Positions 60,670 through 64,000 of a stretch of 64,000 bases of DNA are shown one piece after another; positions within the stretch are counted from its first letter, which is position 1, and every line of letters starts with the position of its first letter. The stretch is from Vitrella brassicaformis CCMP3155 (taxonomy: Eukaryota > Protista > Chromerida). The stretch is taken from positions 310,001 to 374,000 of the forward strand of contig CDMY01000347.1 of NCBI GenBank assembly GCA_001179505.1. Direction: 5' to 3'. A program made the translations under genes and the position numbers. Below the pieces are notes generated by a model. It did no database searches. It saw only the letters and a list, made by a program, of their open reading frames with translations, and was not told the origin of the DNA.

Positions 60670-61808
60670 TTGTGTGCCACATGTGTGTTAATTAGGTGGT
60701 CCACACGGTCATCTGGGCAGTTCGACCAAGTCGGCGACGTGGCTGATATCGGACCGCTACGACCCCTCGTCGCCCATGGCCACCCTGCAGCACATCGTCG
60801 GCGTCATGGCGGCCTTCGGACTGGCCTACACCGGCGAGCCCTCCACCTGCCCCACTGTCCCGAGGAGAAACGAGGGACACGGTGGCAAGCGGCCATCCCC
60901 ATTCTTCAACCAGGTGGCCTGGCCCCCACTCACCCACCATCCGCCCCCACTCGGCAAAGAAGGCTTTCGCTGCTGGTCTGTCTGTGTGTGTGTGTGTATC
61001 AGAGTCCCCACCGTGCGGTGGCCCGTCCAGACGCTCACTACCGTCTCGAGCCCGAACTCTCCCTCCTGTCCACTTTCCCCCACGCCACACACCAGCCCAC
61101 ACACACCGACAAGGACAAAGACAATGCCACAGGCGACCACCACCCATACGCCCGCGCCTTCACCGTCGAGTCGCGCTTGGCGCAGCTGCTCACCCCACGG
61201 ATCCTCCTCAAGCGCGTCAAGATGACCGACAAGAAGACCGACATTGCAGAGAAGGACAGCGACAAGGGCGGGGCCGCCGCGCCCGGCTCGCGGCGGCCCA
61301 CGGGCAGGGCCGTGCGTCTGTCTGGTGCTGGCGGGGGTGCGTCGTCGTGCCGGCGGTCGCTGGTGTCCGAGAGGGGCGAGGGGGGCCTGCCCTCGCCACA
61401 AGAGCTGATAGCCATGGCGCAGCAAAACTTCCGGGACAAGTAAGGGAGGGAAGAATATATATATGGGACAGAGAAGAGATATTGATTGATTGATTGCGGC
61501 GAGGGCACACACACTGCACTGGCTGATGTGATGTCCCATTTCCTTCCAGGATGCGACAGAAGCGTGAGTTGGCCGAGAAGGGGCTGAGCCAGCCGGAAGC
61601 GTCACAGCCATCGTCAGTGGGATCCAAGCGGTCCTACGAGGCCGCACTCGGTGGCAGCCAGGCCAAGCCAGCCATGAAGGTGCAGTACACGTATGTCGAG
61701 GGTCACACGGCGGGAGTGACGCGCAAACTCAAAATCCGGCAGCTCATACCGGGGTGGGGTGGGGGGGGAGCGACAAGGGCGAGAGAGAGGGCGGGGCCGG
61801 CTGACTGA
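57398..61808 (+). CDS. CTF18: Chromosome transmission fidelity protein 18 (RFC-like clamp loader large subunit); multi-exon
   Basis: LWVDKYRPRSFIDLLSD...NREVLKWV, GPPGVGKTTLAHIVAKHCGY, EVNASDDR, LVLDEIDG, RPIICICND, DIRAAINSLQ and C-terminal VQYTYVEGHTAGVTRKLKIRQL. Confidence 0.92.
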
Positions 61809-62078
61809 CAAAGTGCCCAGGTAGCTAGCTGGCTGGCGTGTGTGTGTGTCAGACGTAGATAGATAGAAGCACAGCTGTCTGTCGGTAGATCTGTGGGTGG
61901 GTGGACCGATGGATGGATGTCTGTTGAGGCAAAGACTCCGTCGATCACCGATGGACCGTTGACGAAAATTGAATGACTGTGCGTCCTCTTTGCCTTTTGG
62001 TCGTCCCCATGCATTGCTGCGATGTCTCTGGAAAACACCGACATCACACACACACGCAGCGACACGCAGCCCAGAGCC

Positions 62079-64000
<1,922 letters not shown>

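Overview
Eukaryotic, GC-rich, intron-dense nuclear DNA. The introns are short and packed with (GT)n, (GACA)n, (GGAT)n and (CACAC)n microsatellites. That style and the apicomplexan-like RPLP1 suggest a chromerid alveolate such as Vitrella brassicaformis (inference, not verified). By hand-splicing the ORF fragments I recover about 22 protein-coding loci. Recognisable ones are DCP1, RPLP1, GSK3/shaggy, WDR82/Swd2, RPL11, PSMA4, a 2OG-Fe(II) oxygenase, PAN3, an ankyrin protein, a DUF4392/D-glutamate-cyclase-like protein, an aquaporin, a class 3 lipase, CTF18 and a 5'-truncated malic enzyme; the rest are hypothetical. There are three 300-N gaps. I saw no tRNA, rRNA, CRISPR array or intact transposon. 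Main points of interest: (i) most genes sit in compact head-to-head pairs whose spacers share an AGCTCGCA motif, sometimes palindromic; (ii) a decaying tandem cluster of J-domain genes in which two copies share the same in-frame TAG; (iii) a roughly 1 kb inverted duplication enclosing a secreted Cys-rich gene; (iv) an aquaporin lacking the ar/R arginine; (v) several unusual splice sites. All exon structures were inferred by eye, without RNA data or database searches.
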